DNA of 64,000 nucleotides from assembly GCA_039811685.1 (NCBI GenBank), contig JBDHZC010000002.1:96001-160000 (forward strand), in the 5' to 3' direction. Shown here in pieces: positions 29,818 through 39,875 of the stretch. The translations under genes were made by a program, and so were the position numbers. The notes beneath the pieces were generated by a model. That model did no database searches, had not been told where the DNA came from, and was given only the letters and a program-made list of their open reading frames with translations. This DNA comes from Armatimonadota bacterium. GTDB lineage: Bacteria; Armatimonadota; UBA5829; DSUL01. The first letter of the stretch is position 1. The number at the start of each line of letters is the position of its first letter.

Positions 29818-31140
29818 TCAGCTCTTTCCACAGCATCTCTTGTACTTCAAACCACTGCCGCACGGACACGGGCTGTTGCGGCCAATCTGAGCAGGCGCCC
29901 CGGTTCCGTTGGAGGGATTGCGGCCGGCAAGGATATCCATTATCATCGCCGGCGGCTTCTGTTCACGCAGAAGGCGCGCCATTGTCCGCATGGGTCCATT
30001 AATATGATTGAAGAACATCCGATAGCCGGCGCACAGGTAGTTCAGGCCTTCTTCGCCGTCGGCTGTGGTGATGAAACGGTCCTTCGGGCATCCGCCGTTG
30101 CACACGAAGCGCACTTCACACTCCCTGCACTGTCTGGGCAGCGTGTCCAGCTTGTCCTGCCCGAACTTGCGCTGAAAAGGTGAGGCCGCCATCTGCTTCA
30201 TCGGTGTGCGCATAATGTTGCCCAGATAGTACTCCGGGCGTACGAAGTGATCGCAGGAAAATAAATCGCCCGAATGCTCCATCGCAAGAGCGTTTCCACA
30301 CGTTTTTGCATGCACGCACAGGCTCGGTTCCATCCCCATCCACGCCTGAAGTGACATATCAAAATGCTGGACGAAAATGCGCCCGACGTCTTTGCGCACC
30401 CACTCGTCAAACACGCCGCACAAAAACCGCCCCCAATGCTCCGCCGGCACTGTCCAGTCTGTTACTGCGCCGTCAGGAAGCTGCTCGACCGCCGGGATGA
30501 ACTGCATAAACTGGACACGTTCATCGCGGAAAAAGCGATAGACTTCAAGAGGCTTGTGGCAGTTGACGCTGTTGACGACACACAGCACGTTGTGCTCAAT
30601 TCCATAGCGCTGAAAGCGCTTAAGCGTTGCATATACGCGGTCGAAAGTCGGGTGGCCTCCCTTGTCAACGCGATTGGCGTCGTGAAGCTCCCGCGGGCCG
30701 TCCAGGCTCAGGCCTACCAGAAAGCGGTTGTCCCGGAGAAACGTGCACCACTCGTCGTCAATCAGAGTACCGTTGGTCTGAAAGGCGTTGTGGATGGTCA
30801 TGCCGGGTCTGGCATATTTGCGCTGGCACTCCAGGGCCTTTTCAAAAAACTCTATGCCCATCAGGGTCGGCTCTCCGCCCTGCCATGCGAAGGTCACCTC
30901 CGGCACGGATTGCGCTTCGATGTATTGACGTGTGAAGCTTTCGAGGACCTCGTCAGACATCTTGAAGCTGGAGTCTCTCTCGAACAGCGCTTCCTTACGC
31001 AAATAGAAGCAGTAGGAGCAGTCGAGATTGCAGATAGCGCCGCGAGGCTTCAGCATGACGTGAAAGCTTTGCGGCATCGTGGGGCGCGGGCCACCCGGCA
31101 GTGAGAGTTCGGTTACAGGAATAAAAGACTTGAGACTCAC
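29818..31140 (-). CDS. Anaerobic sulfatase maturase (radical SAM/SPASM) with C-terminal SEC-C motif
   Basis: CNLDCSYCFYL, WQGGEP, QTNG, SPASM cysteines (C..C..RFVCNGGCPK), GRNSPCPCGSGLKYKRCC. Confidence 0.9.
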   Translation of the reverse strand: MSLKSFIPVTELSLPGGPRPTMPQSFHVMLKPRGAICNLDCSYCFYLRKEALFERDSSFKMSDEVLESFTRQYIEAQSVPEVTFAWQGGEPTLMGIEFFEKALECQRKYARPGMTIHNAFQTNGTLIDDEWCTFLRDNRFLVGLSLDGPRELHDANRVDKGGHPTFDRVYATLKRFQRYGIEHNVLCVVNSVNCHKPLEVYRFFRDERVQFMQFIPAVEQLPDGAVTDWTVPAEHWGRFLCGVFDEWVRKDVGRIFVQHFDMSLQAWMGMEPSLCVHAKTCGNALAMEHSGDLFSCDHFVRPEYYLGNIMRTPMKQMAASPFQRKFGQDKLDTLPRQCRECEVRFVCNGGCPKDRFITTADGEEGLNYLCAGYRMFFNHINGPMRTMARLLREQKPPAMIMDILAGRNPSNGTGAPAQIGRNSPCPCGSGLKYKRCCGKS

Positions 31141-31251
31141 AACGTCAACACTCTAACGACGGACGGCGGCAAGAGCTTATTGCAGGGAAGCAGGCTACCC
31201 GCACTGACAGAAGCCACAGTCGCTCTTGCGATCGGGCTGGAAAAACCTGGA

Positions 31252-32382
31252 CTAGAACGGATTGACAGGGACGCCGTTGCGGCGAACTTCAAAGTGACAG
31301 TGAGGCCCCGTTGACCAGCCTGTGCTGCCGGAATAAGCGATGACCTGCCCCTGTTTGACCTCCTGCCCTGCGCGGCAGGCAACTCTGGAGTTGTGCCCGT
31401 ACAAAGTGGAGACTCCGCCGCCGTGATCGATAACCACCGCATTTCCGTAAGCGCCCATCCAGCCCGCCATAATCACGGTCCCTGACGCAGCGGCTTTGAC
31501 AGAGGTGCCCGAGGGACACGCAAAATCCACGCCTGTGTGCAGCTTGGTCTTTTTGAGAATAGGATGGAAGCGCATGCCAAATCCGGAGCTAACTCTTCCA
31601 TTCACAGGGTGGATAAAACCGCCCTTGAAAGCTTTAGCGTAGCGAGCTCGTCCGGCGGGCGTTGCCTGTAGAGCCTGAATCCGCGATGCAATGCGGTTGG
31701 ACTCTGCAATGAGTTCATCCAGCGCGCGCTCGTAAGAAGCGCGGTCGGCTCTGATCTCGTCAAGCTGCGCATACTGAAGTGTCGCCAACCGCTTCTCCTG
31801 CGCTTCCTTCAGACCCAAACGGCTCTGAAGAGTGTTGATCCTGGCGACGGTGGCACGCTGCTCGACCTGGCGCTCGGCGATATTTTGCCGAAGAGAGCGA
31901 ATTTGGCTTACGAGGCGCACATCGTTTTCGACAATCTGCTGCACCATCTTCACCCGCGTCATCGCGCTCCATGCATCCTGGGATGTAACAATAGCAGCGA
32001 GATAGGTGGGAGAAGGGTGTTTGTAGGCGTCGGTGAGCCGGTTGGTCAGGGCTGTACGGCTGCTGAGGAGGCGCGCTTCCGCTCGCTTGAGCTGCTCGGA
32101 AATGCGTCTGAGATCGGCCCTTGCCCTGATGAGTGAGCTGCGGGTCTGCCCAAGGTCCTGACGAGTGCTGTTGAGTGTTCGCTGTGTAGAGTAGAGTTGT
32201 GAAGTGACGACGTGCTGTTTGTGTTTTGTGACGGCCAGCTTCTGCTTGACCTCCTTAATTCGCCCGCGCACAGCGTTGCGCCTGTTCTGAAACTCTGTAA
32301 CCTTCTTGTTGGCGCTGATTAAGGCTGGCGCCGACGAGACTATCAGAAACAGCGCAAGCGCGAGCGAAAGAAAGCGCCTCAT
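31252..32382 (-). CDS. Coiled-coil + M23 peptidase (EnvC-like murein hydrolase/activator)
   Basis: Signal peptide, long coiled coil, HTGVD and GPHCHFE (Zn ligands intact); follows ftsEX. Confidence 0.88.
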   Translation of the reverse strand: MRRFLSLALALFLIVSSAPALISANKKVTEFQNRRNAVRGRIKEVKQKLAVTKHKQHVVTSQLYSTQRTLNSTRQDLGQTRSSLIRARADLRRISEQLKRAEARLLSSRTALTNRLTDAYKHPSPTYLAAIVTSQDAWSAMTRVKMVQQIVENDVRLVSQIRSLRQNIAERQVEQRATVARINTLQSRLGLKEAQEKRLATLQYAQLDEIRADRASYERALDELIAESNRIASRIQALQATPAGRARYAKAFKGGFIHPVNGRVSSGFGMRFHPILKKTKLHTGVDFACPSGTSVKAAASGTVIMAGWMGAYGNAVVIDHGGGVSTLYGHNSRVACRAGQEVKQGQVIAYSGSTGWSTGPHCHFEVRRNGVPVNPF

Positions 32383-33287
32383 CGTTGCCCCTTCTCCAGT
32401 GAGCCTTCTCTGAGATAACGCCGGATGGACATAGAGCTGGAGAATGCGCCAAGTGACAGGCCGACACCAATCAGGACAGCGCTCAACTGCCAGTAGCTGA
32501 TCCCACTGTCAAAGAAGCGCGTGACAGATTGAAAGCCGCGCGTGACCTGCGACAGATAGTTAGCGGCGAAGCGCATCAGGAGCAACGCCAGCAGCGCCCC
32601 GGTACCTGAGATGAGCATTCCCTCCAGCAGAAACGGCAGTCTGATGAAAGAGGCCCTCGCGCCGACGATACGCATGATGGCCACCTCGCGCCTGCGCGCA
32701 TAAATGCCCAGGCGGATCGTATTGCCGATGATAAACACACTTCCCGCGAAAAGTACAATCATCGTCATCAGTCCTGCAGCCGAGACGACGCGGGAAAGGC
32801 CTGTGAAGAACACAACCTCCTTCTGGCGCCAGTCCACAGAGTCAACGTAGGGCAGTTTGCTGATAGCCTTCTGCACAGAATCACTTTGCTCCGGGTGCGA
32901 AAGGCTCACTCTGTAGGTGTCCAGAGCGGGATTGTACAGTACGTCCTGCGTTGAGATCTCTGTGCCGAGCTGTTTGCGAAACTCTTTCCAGCCTTCCTCC
33001 CGCGAGATGAACTCGACGTTGTCCACGTACGGAAGCATTCGCAGCCTGCGTCCAACGTCGCGAACCTGACCCTCACTGGCCTCACGCTTCACGTAAACGG
33101 CCATATCAAACTGCTGAGGCAAGCGTTCACAGGCGCGGTGTGTAGCCAGCGCGCACACTCCGAAGGCTGCGGAGATGGCGAGGCTGACAGCCGCTGTCAG
33201 AATGGCCGCCAGTGCCATAACCCGGTTGCGCTTCAGTCCACTGAACGCCTCCGCAAGAAGAAACTCCAGGCTAGACAGGTTGAGCAT
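32379..33287 (-). CDS. ftsX: Cell division permease FtsX
   Basis: IGNTIRLGIYARRREVAIMRIVGA...IRLPFLLEG; 4-TM pattern; overlaps ftsE. Confidence 0.92.
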   Translation of the reverse strand: MLNLSSLEFLLAEAFSGLKRNRVMALAAILTAAVSLAISAAFGVCALATHRACERLPQQFDMAVYVKREASEGQVRDVGRRLRMLPYVDNVEFISREEGWKEFRKQLGTEISTQDVLYNPALDTYRVSLSHPEQSDSVQKAISKLPYVDSVDWRQKEVVFFTGLSRVVSAAGLMTMIVLFAGSVFIIGNTIRLGIYARRREVAIMRIVGARASFIRLPFLLEGMLISGTGALLALLLMRFAANYLSQVTRGFQSVTRFFDSGISYWQLSAVLIGVGLSLGAFSSSMSIRRYLREGSLEKGQR

Positions 33288-33960
33288 GGTAGCTTGCTTT
33301 CTGTTCGTCCCTGACAATTACAGCGTTGTTCAGAGCGACTACGCGCTTGCGCATCCGATTCACCATTTCACTGTCGTGCGTTGCGACGAGAACCGTAGCG
33401 CCGCGAAGGTTGATGCGCTCCAGAAGCTGCATAATCTCCCAGGAAGTATCTGGATCCAGATTCCCAGTCGGCTCATCCGCCAGTAAAATTGGGGGGTCCA
33501 GTGCCAGCGCCCGCGCGATGGCTGTGCGCTGCTGCTCTCCCCCAGACAACTGGGCGGGCAACGCATCCGGCCTGGTCGATAGCCCGACAAGCTCCAGAAA
33601 CTCAGGAATTCTGCGGCGAATCTGACGTCCGGATACGCCGGTCACACGCAGGGCGAACGCAATGTTCTCCCAGACAGTCCGGTCTGGAAGGAGCCGGAAG
33701 TCCTGGAAGATAACTCCAATATGCCTGCGCAACTGCCACACGCTGTGGTCCGGTATAGCGGCAACATTTTCGCCGTTCACCATGACCTCGCCCTCAGTTG
33801 GTTTTTCTTCGCGATAGATGAGCTTCAGCAGGCTGGATTTGCCGGTGCCTGTTGGCCCGACGACAAAGACAAACTCGCCCTTACCAACCCTGAGATTGAT
33901 GTGTCTCAGCGCCGGGATGCCGTTAGGATAGATGAGGGTGACATTGCGGAAGTCAATCAT
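33271..33960 (-). CDS. ftsE: Cell division ATP-binding protein FtsE
   Basis: GPTGTGKS, FQDFRLL, LSGGEQQR, ADEPTGNLDP, ATHD. Confidence 0.95.
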   Translation of the reverse strand: MIDFRNVTLIYPNGIPALRHINLRVGKGEFVFVVGPTGTGKSSLLKLIYREEKPTEGEVMVNGENVAAIPDHSVWQLRRHIGVIFQDFRLLPDRTVWENIAFALRVTGVSGRQIRRRIPEFLELVGLSTRPDALPAQLSGGEQQRTAIARALALDPPILLADEPTGNLDPDTSWEIMQLLERINLRGATVLVATHDSEMVNRMRKRVVALNNAVIVRDEQKASYHAQPV

Positions 33961-33986
33961 GACAAAACGCTGTAATACCGGGTGTC

Positions 33987-34015
33987 AGTATGCCAGATTG
34001 GACGCAGCGCGTCAA
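33987..34015 (-). promoter_or_regulatory. Sigma70-type promoter of ftsEX
   Basis: Minus strand TTGACG-N17-CATACT with TG extension. Confidence 0.55.
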
Positions 34016-34065
34016 ATCAAAGTCGCTGATCTCGCGCACATTTTGGGCGACTTAAGAGCAGCGCC

Positions 34066-35577
34066 GTGACAAAAGCGCCGCGATATTTGCTGATAGCCGC
34101 AGCCGGCGGCCTGTTATTCGGACTGGATACCACTGTCACTACCTGGGGAGCTTTGAGCTGTGGCGGGCTGGCTCTGCTGGGGCTCTCACTGCGGTTGAGA
34201 TGCTATCCGTGCCTATGCGCTCTTCTCTGGAGCGTCGTCGCCTACAGCCTCGCGCTGGGCTGGATGCTGCCTCTCGGAGCAGTCCCCTGGATTCTACTGG
34301 TTGTCTGGCACATTTTGTTTCTGATCCCGCTTATCGGCGCTGCGCACTTTGTCCAGATGGAACGCCAACCCTTCGCCTCGGCGCTTGCGCTCGGAGGACT
34401 CATTGCCACAGCGGACTGGCTACGGGAGCTTGGGCCGTTTGGTGTCACGATGGCTGCCAGTTCCGGCCCCTTAAGCGCCAGCTTCGCGGCCCTGCAGTGG
34501 GTCCGGCTGATCGGAGCGACTGGCTTGGGCTTCGCCGGCTGCACGTGGGCGATATGGCTTGGGCTGGCAGTTGCAGAGAGGTCATCAAAGCGTCTGATGA
34601 TCGGGCCGTCAGTGGCAGCAGCTTTTCTGGTGGCAGGGCTCTGGCTCGGACGTACGGCGACTGAGCAAAGCGGTACCCTGCGAGTCGCAGTGCTGCAGGG
34701 CGTCACAAGCGACGGGTTTCGCACCCTTCTGGAGGGCGACGCCGCGATGTCCACCTACCAGAGACTGTCCACCGAAGCAGCGAGAGACAAAGGCGCAAAG
34801 TTGATCCTCTGGCCGGAGACCAGTTGCCCGGAAGACATGACCTACAAGAGCCGGAACTACCGCATCCTGAGCGAGACATTCAACGACTTGAACGCATGGG
34901 GTCTGGTTGGAGGCTTTGTCACACAGCCGGGACTGTCCGGAGAGCCTGAAACCCGCAACGCGGCCTTCGCATTTGACCCGGAGGGCGAGTTGGCAGGGGT
35001 GTATGAAAAGATGGTGTTGACTCCTTTTGGAGAATATGTGCCGTTTCGCCATGAGCTCCCTTCTCTGAAGCGATGGAGAGTGCTGGACCGCGATTACGCT
35101 CCTGGCCGCTACTGGCCACCAGTAGAGATCGCAAATGCGCGCGTGGGAGTGTTGATCTGCTCGGAGACGATGTACTCACGCCTGGCTGCTGAGCGCGTGA
35201 GACAGGGCGCAACTATTCTGGCCGTACTGTCTAATGATAGCTGGTTTGGCAAAGGCTCGGGCGTCCTGCAACTCGAGCGCCTCTCGGTGCTGCGCGCCGT
35301 GGAAACGGGCCGTTCCGTAGCCCGCGCTTCGGAAACCGGCAAGACGATGCTGATCACCGCGAATGGCCGCATTATGGACAGCCTCCCTCTTTACAGGCGT
35401 GGACTGGCCGTTGGAGACCTGCCAATCTCGAGCGCGATAACGCCTTTTGTGCGCATTGAAGCCTGGATCGGTCCCTCCATACTCGTGATTACTCTTACCG
35501 CGCTGATTGTATCTGTCTTACCACTGCGCAAAGCTCGTGTGAGGGATGCGCAACTCAGACTTCCGCTGGACTCCTGA
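34066..35577 (+). CDS. lnt: Apolipoprotein N-acyltransferase
   Basis: N-terminal TM helices; WPET, YEK..LTPFGEYVP, LICSE, SNDSWF, RAVETGR. Confidence 0.9.
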   Translation: MTKAPRYLLIAAAGGLLFGLDTTVTTWGALSCGGLALLGLSLRLRCYPCLCALLWSVVAYSLALGWMLPLGAVPWILLVVWHILFLIPLIGAAHFVQMERQPFASALALGGLIATADWLRELGPFGVTMAASSGPLSASFAALQWVRLIGATGLGFAGCTWAIWLGLAVAERSSKRLMIGPSVAAAFLVAGLWLGRTATEQSGTLRVAVLQGVTSDGFRTLLEGDAAMSTYQRLSTEAARDKGAKLILWPETSCPEDMTYKSRNYRILSETFNDLNAWGLVGGFVTQPGLSGEPETRNAAFAFDPEGELAGVYEKMVLTPFGEYVPFRHELPSLKRWRVLDRDYAPGRYWPPVEIANARVGVLICSETMYSRLAAERVRQGATILAVLSNDSWFGKGSGVLQLERLSVLRAVETGRSVARASETGKTMLITANGRIMDSLPLYRRGLAVGDLPISSAITPFVRIEAWIGPSILVITLTALIVSVLPLRKARVRDAQLRLPLDS

Positions 35578-35672
35578 GTCTCACGAACAACGGCGAGCCT
35601 ACCGTGAGCCTCACTGCGAGTGCAGAACACCGGGCTTGTTTGCGGGGGTGAGATCACGGCGGGAAGCGCAGG

Positions 35673-38069
35673 CTAGGGCGTGATCGTGCACTCGACGGAA
35701 AATTGGTCACCGTCGGTGTGCGGAATCAGATTTCCGCCAACGGGCCTGCCATTCAGCTTCAGAGAGGTAGATCCGCCAGAGATGCGATTCGGGTTGTGAA
35801 TAGCGATGTCGTAGAGTGCGCCGCGGAAGCGCCGCTTCACCCGCGCTGACTCCCACGACGAAGGCAACGCGGGATCGACCACAAGGCCGTCATAGTCCGG
35901 CCGGACGCCCAGAATCCAGTCCAGAGCGCCCCGGTACATCCACACGGCTGAGCCGGTCAACCACGAGTGGCTTCCCTGTCCAAACTCCGGATGCTCATCG
36001 CTGGTCACATATTCACACCAGACGTACGGCTCCATTTTGTACACATCCGGGTCATGAGCCTGATTGATGGGGTTTGTGCGCCTGTGATACTCAAAGGCGC
36101 GGTCGCCGTTGCCAAGCATGGCTTCGGCGATGATAGCCCAGCTTACAGGGTGATTGAAGATTGCGCCGTTCTCTTTCTTGCCAGGAACACATCTGGTCGC
36201 CAGCCCGATACCGGGGTCTACGTGACGGTAGGCGGGACTGAGTATCTTCGGTCCACGAACGGTCTCGCACAGCCGGTAAGCACTGTCCATCGCCAGCCTT
36301 CCGCGCTCTGGTTTAGCGATGCCGCTCATAACAGCCCAGCTCTGAGCGTTGAGAAAGATTTGGCCTTCCTGGTTTTGCGAAGAACCGATGACGCCGCCGT
36401 CATCCCGAAACCCGCGGACATACCACTCTCCGTCCCAGGCTAATGCGTTGACTGCATCGGCTATCTTCTGATACCACTCGTCGTACTCTGACGCTTTCCG
36501 AGAATGTCCGGTGCGCTTCAGAAGCTCGGAGGTCTCGCGGAGGCCGTAGCACAGAAACTCAGCAACCCAGACGCTCTCACCCCGCCCCTGACGACCCACG
36601 TAGTCCAGCGTGTCATTCCAGTCACCGGGCCCAAACAGTGGCAGCTTGCGCGGGGACAGCTTCTGATACAACGTGTAGTCTATTGAGCGGATCAGGTGTT
36701 CCAGCGCCGTATCCTCGCCGCCATCCTGCCAGGGAAATCTGCGCTCGAGATAGCTGAGGTCACCGGTCTCCTTGACATAGCTGGAAATAGCCAGGGGAAT
36801 CCACAGAGGCGTGTCCGAGTGCCCGGTCTTCTCTCCCTCCCCAGTCAAAGGAAACCAGTTGTGCAGCGTGCTGCCATCCGCAAACTGATGAGACAGCACT
36901 GTGCTGATTTTGGCATCCGCCATAGACGCATCCGCTATCAGCGGCCCCAGCAAGTCCTGCGCGGAATCGCGCACTCCCGTCCCGAAAAGAAGTCCCCCAT
37001 GGTAGTAGCCGGCGCTGCGGGCCGCGGTGTAAGTTGTCCACGTCTGTTTCTTCGCCCAGTAGTTGAGCATGATGCTGGTGGACTCGTCCGGCGTTTCAAC
37101 GGTGACAGCGCTCAGATAGCCGTCCCACCAGCTTTCTAACCGGGCAGCCGCTTCGTCCACGGCCGCCATCTCCCGGTACTTGCCGACAACCGAAGCTGCA
37201 GCGCTTCGATCATGGACATCACTCACGCCAAGCAGGACAACAAACTCCAGAGAGGCTTCAGGCGCGAGATGAATATGACTGCGAAGCGCTCCGCACGCAT
37301 CTCCCGCCGTAATCAGGGAGTTTGACAACTCTGGCTGGTGTGCGCCGTGGGGATCAGTCTCTGATCTCCACCGTCCGACAAAGGTCTCTTTGTGCGACTC
37401 AAAGCTGCTGACAGGCAGCGAGCTGGCAAAAAAGACCTCTTTGTCCCACCCCTTGTTCGGCTGGGCGACGGTCGCCTTGCTGTACTGCACCCAGTAGTTT
37501 TTTGTCGCAAACAGAATCTGCGCTTCTTCGTCCCAGTCCGTGCGGTTGAAGTGCTGGTCGTTAGGCTGGTTGATCAAGTCAACCAGCGCATGGCCGAGGA
37601 CAAATTCAACGTAAGCGCTCAAGCTCAGAGTCCGCTCCGCGCTGGAAGTGTTCTCGAGCTGGATACGCCAGATCTCGACGTCATCCTCCCGCGGCACAAA
37701 TAGGCGCATGCGCGCGCGCACTCCGTCATAAGCGGATTCGAACTCCGTGTACCCTGGCGCGTGACGGCAGGAGTAGGACTCCAGAGTGACGCCGACAGGC
37801 TGCCAAGTGGGTGACCAGAGTTCTCCCTTTTCGTTGCGGATGTACAGATAGCGTCCGGGGCGATCCCATGGAAGAGAGTTGTAGCGGTGGCGCGTCAGAC
37901 GCGAATCTCGCGGGCAAACCCAGTACGTGTAGCCGCCACCGGCATTGGAGACCAGGCCCATAAGACGCCCGTTGCCAATGTAGTTGATCCACGGCGCAGG
38001 TGTGTCCGGGCGGGTGATACAAAAAATACGGCCGTTATCTTCAAAATGGCCGTAGTCTTCCAGCTTCAT
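35673..38069 (-). CDS. GH94 glycoside phosphorylase (cellobiose/chitobiose phosphorylase-like)
   Basis: TPAPWINY, RDSAQD, GDWND, GESVW, WDGEWY.R, KENGAIFNH, SWLTGSA. Confidence 0.9.
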   Translation of the reverse strand: MKLEDYGHFEDNGRIFCITRPDTPAPWINYIGNGRLMGLVSNAGGGYTYWVCPRDSRLTRHRYNSLPWDRPGRYLYIRNEKGELWSPTWQPVGVTLESYSCRHAPGYTEFESAYDGVRARMRLFVPREDDVEIWRIQLENTSSAERTLSLSAYVEFVLGHALVDLINQPNDQHFNRTDWDEEAQILFATKNYWVQYSKATVAQPNKGWDKEVFFASSLPVSSFESHKETFVGRWRSETDPHGAHQPELSNSLITAGDACGALRSHIHLAPEASLEFVVLLGVSDVHDRSAAASVVGKYREMAAVDEAAARLESWWDGYLSAVTVETPDESTSIMLNYWAKKQTWTTYTAARSAGYYHGGLLFGTGVRDSAQDLLGPLIADASMADAKISTVLSHQFADGSTLHNWFPLTGEGEKTGHSDTPLWIPLAISSYVKETGDLSYLERRFPWQDGGEDTALEHLIRSIDYTLYQKLSPRKLPLFGPGDWNDTLDYVGRQGRGESVWVAEFLCYGLRETSELLKRTGHSRKASEYDEWYQKIADAVNALAWDGEWYVRGFRDDGGVIGSSQNQEGQIFLNAQSWAVMSGIAKPERGRLAMDSAYRLCETVRGPKILSPAYRHVDPGIGLATRCVPGKKENGAIFNHPVSWAIIAEAMLGNGDRAFEYHRRTNPINQAHDPDVYKMEPYVWCEYVTSDEHPEFGQGSHSWLTGSAVWMYRGALDWILGVRPDYDGLVVDPALPSSWESARVKRRFRGALYDIAIHNPNRISGGSTSLKLNGRPVGGNLIPHTDGDQFSVECTITP

Positions 38070-38198
38070 ACCGATCCTTTCACCATTCAGATGAACTTAC
38101 AAAAACGCATGCCGGAGTGGAAAAACGCCGCAAGTACAGACGCAGATCAGAGGCTGGATTGAGAAAACGACCTGTTGTGTGCGCCTGTCTGAGCGCTC

Positions 38199-39167
38199 TC
38201 AAGAAGCGTCCATGAGCATGTGAATCAGAAGCCTTTCCAGTTGAAGGTCTGCAGCCGCATAAGACAGGATGAGGTGACGGGAAAGGTTGATTTCACGAGT
38301 GATCGAGGCTGTCTGCCGCGGACTCCAGCGCTGAGTTCCACCCGCCAAGCCCTCTTGTAGAACCGCCATCACTGCGTCCAGCACCCACGCAACCGCCTGT
38401 CTGTCACTTACGCCGTCTTCCGACGGAATGATCTTTTTCGCGCGGTCGGAGAGTTCCTTGAGATCTTCCGCCAACTTCAGCGCCGCAGCCGGCGCCGCAG
38501 CTTCCACTCTTGCGACCCACTGCGCCACATCTGCCAGCAGTTCAAGAGACTGGGGGTTTTCAAGTAGAGACAAAGCGCGCCCCGGGGACCCTCCAGCATA
38601 AGCCGCCACCGCGCTGGCTTGCTCTTGTTTCTCTCCCCGCTCCATCAAAAACTGCGTCAAAGAGGACTTGTCAACGGATCGCAGAGGTATCTCTATAGCG
38701 CGGGATTCTATTGTAGGCAACACACTCTGCGCACTGGGAGCCAGAATCATAAGGGTCAGGCGATCTGGGGTATCTTCCAGAACTTTGAGGATGGCATTGG
38801 CCGCCTGATCGTTGAGCGTCTCCCCCCGCTCGATGATGATGACGCGCCTGGGTGAGATATTCGGAGCCAGTGTGGCGACGTAGCGCAACTCCCGAATCTG
38901 ACCGATCGTGGTCTCTTCCTTTGGCGGCGCGATGCGTAAAATGTCCGAATGAGTACCCGCACGAGCGAGCACGCAGGATCTGCAAACGCCACATGCGCCC
39001 TGTTCATTCAGATCCAGACACGTCAGCTCCGCAGCGAGCTTCAGGGCAAAGGCTGTGTTTCCAGCTCCGTCCGGTCCGGTGACGAGCAGAGAGTGTGGCA
39101 ACCGATTTTCAAGCGCCATGCGCCGAACAGCCTGAAGCGGGCCCGCATGTCCCGGCAGACTGTCCAC
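38199..39167 (-). CDS. holB: DNA polymerase III delta' subunit
   Basis: HSLLVTGP.GAG, C...ACGVCRSC Zn module, HSD, AANAILKVLED, LPTIESR; directly after darA. Start uncertain (GTG 39167 or ATG 39200). Confidence 0.85.
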   Translation of the reverse strand: MDSLPGHAGPLQAVRRMALENRLPHSLLVTGPDGAGNTAFALKLAAELTCLDLNEQGACGVCRSCVLARAGTHSDILRIAPPKEETTIGQIRELRYVATLAPNISPRRVIIIERGETLNDQAANAILKVLEDTPDRLTLMILAPSAQSVLPTIESRAIEIPLRSVDKSSLTQFLMERGEKQEQASAVAAYAGGSPGRALSLLENPQSLELLADVAQWVARVEAAAPAAALKLAEDLKELSDRAKKIIPSEDGVSDRQAVAWVLDAVMAVLQEGLAGGTQRWSPRQTASITREINLSRHLILSYAAADLQLERLLIHMLMDAS

Positions 39168-39174
39168 AACCGCG

Positions 39175-39504
39175 CTACCAGCGCTCAAAGCGCTCGACAT
39201 CCATCACGAAAACAACAGCCCCGCCTACTGTCACCTTTACCGGCGCCTGCATCAACCCTGCGGAGGGCATAACGTCCGGCGGAGGCAGGCTTACGTACTG
39301 ATCCCGAGCCTCTGAGCTCTCACGCAGAACACCCAGAACCTGCTCAAGCTGTTCGCTCTCCACTCCGAGAAGCATGGTGACGTTTCCGTCGCGAAGAAAC
39401 CCGCCCGTGCTTGCGATCTTCGTGAAGAAGAAGCCCTCCACGGACAACGCCTCCTCGACTCGCCGACGATCCCGTTCCTGAATAATAGCGATGAGTAGCT
39501 TCAT
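39175..39504 (-). CDS. darA: PII-like cyclic di-AMP receptor (DarA/PstA/YaaQ)
   Basis: MKLLIAIIQ.RD, TKIASTGGFLRDGN.T, VTVGGAVVFV.DVERFER; adjacent to holB as in Firmicutes. Confidence 0.9.
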   Translation of the reverse strand: MKLLIAIIQERDRRRVEEALSVEGFFFTKIASTGGFLRDGNVTMLLGVESEQLEQVLGVLRESSEARDQYVSLPPPDVMPSAGLMQAPVKVTVGGAVVFVMDVERFERW

Positions 39505-39564
39505 AGCTTTGGCGCCATTATACAGCAGATTCAAAAATGGAAAAGACCTCTGCCTTGAACAACA

Positions 39565-39632
39565 AAAGAAAAAGCCCTGCGGTCAGTTTTCTAACCGCAG
39601 GGCCCAGAGAAAGGAGGGTGGGAAGCTATCAC
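39565..39632 (-). ncRNA. Candidate small RNA copy 1 (anti-SD core + terminator)
   Basis: Promoter GGAACTT-N16-GTCAA (39665-39638), core GATAGCTTCCCACCCTCCTTTCTCT, 13-bp stem 39574-39603 (G.U pair only on the minus strand), U tract. Confidence 0.7.
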
Positions 39633-39637
39633 TTATA

Positions 39638-39665
39638 TTGACGCATCTGCAGAGCTGTAAGTTCC
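39638..39665 (-). promoter_or_regulatory. ECF (sigmaE-like) promoter of sRNA copy 1
   Basis: GGAACTT-acagctctgcagatgc-GTCAA, 16-nt spacer. Confidence 0.7.
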
Positions 39666-39775
39666 TGAATTGAGCTGAATGTGAAAATTGTTCACTTACG
39701 CATCAATTCTGGCGAACGGCCACACCCAGAAGCGGTAAAGAGGGGATAATTCCTGCGAAAAGGAGTCAGCGAGGC

Positions 39776-39843
39776 AAAAAAATAGCCCCGGAGCGATCTG
39801 AATCGCTCCGGGGGAGAGAAAGGAGGGTGAGAAGCTTTCTCCC
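39776..39843 (-). ncRNA. Candidate small RNA copy 2 (anti-SD core + terminator)
   Basis: Promoter GGAACTC-N16-GTCTGA (39875-39847), core GAAAGCTTCTCACCCTCCTTTCTCT, perfect 12-bp stem 39786-39813, then CTATTTTTTT. Confidence 0.7.
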
Positions 39844-39846
39844 TAT

Positions 39847-39875
39847 TCAGACGCTACAAACCACAACAGAGTTCC
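39847..39875 (-). promoter_or_regulatory. ECF (sigmaE-like) promoter of sRNA copy 2
   Basis: GGAACTC-tgttgtggtttgtagc-GTCTGA, 16-nt spacer. Confidence 0.7.
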
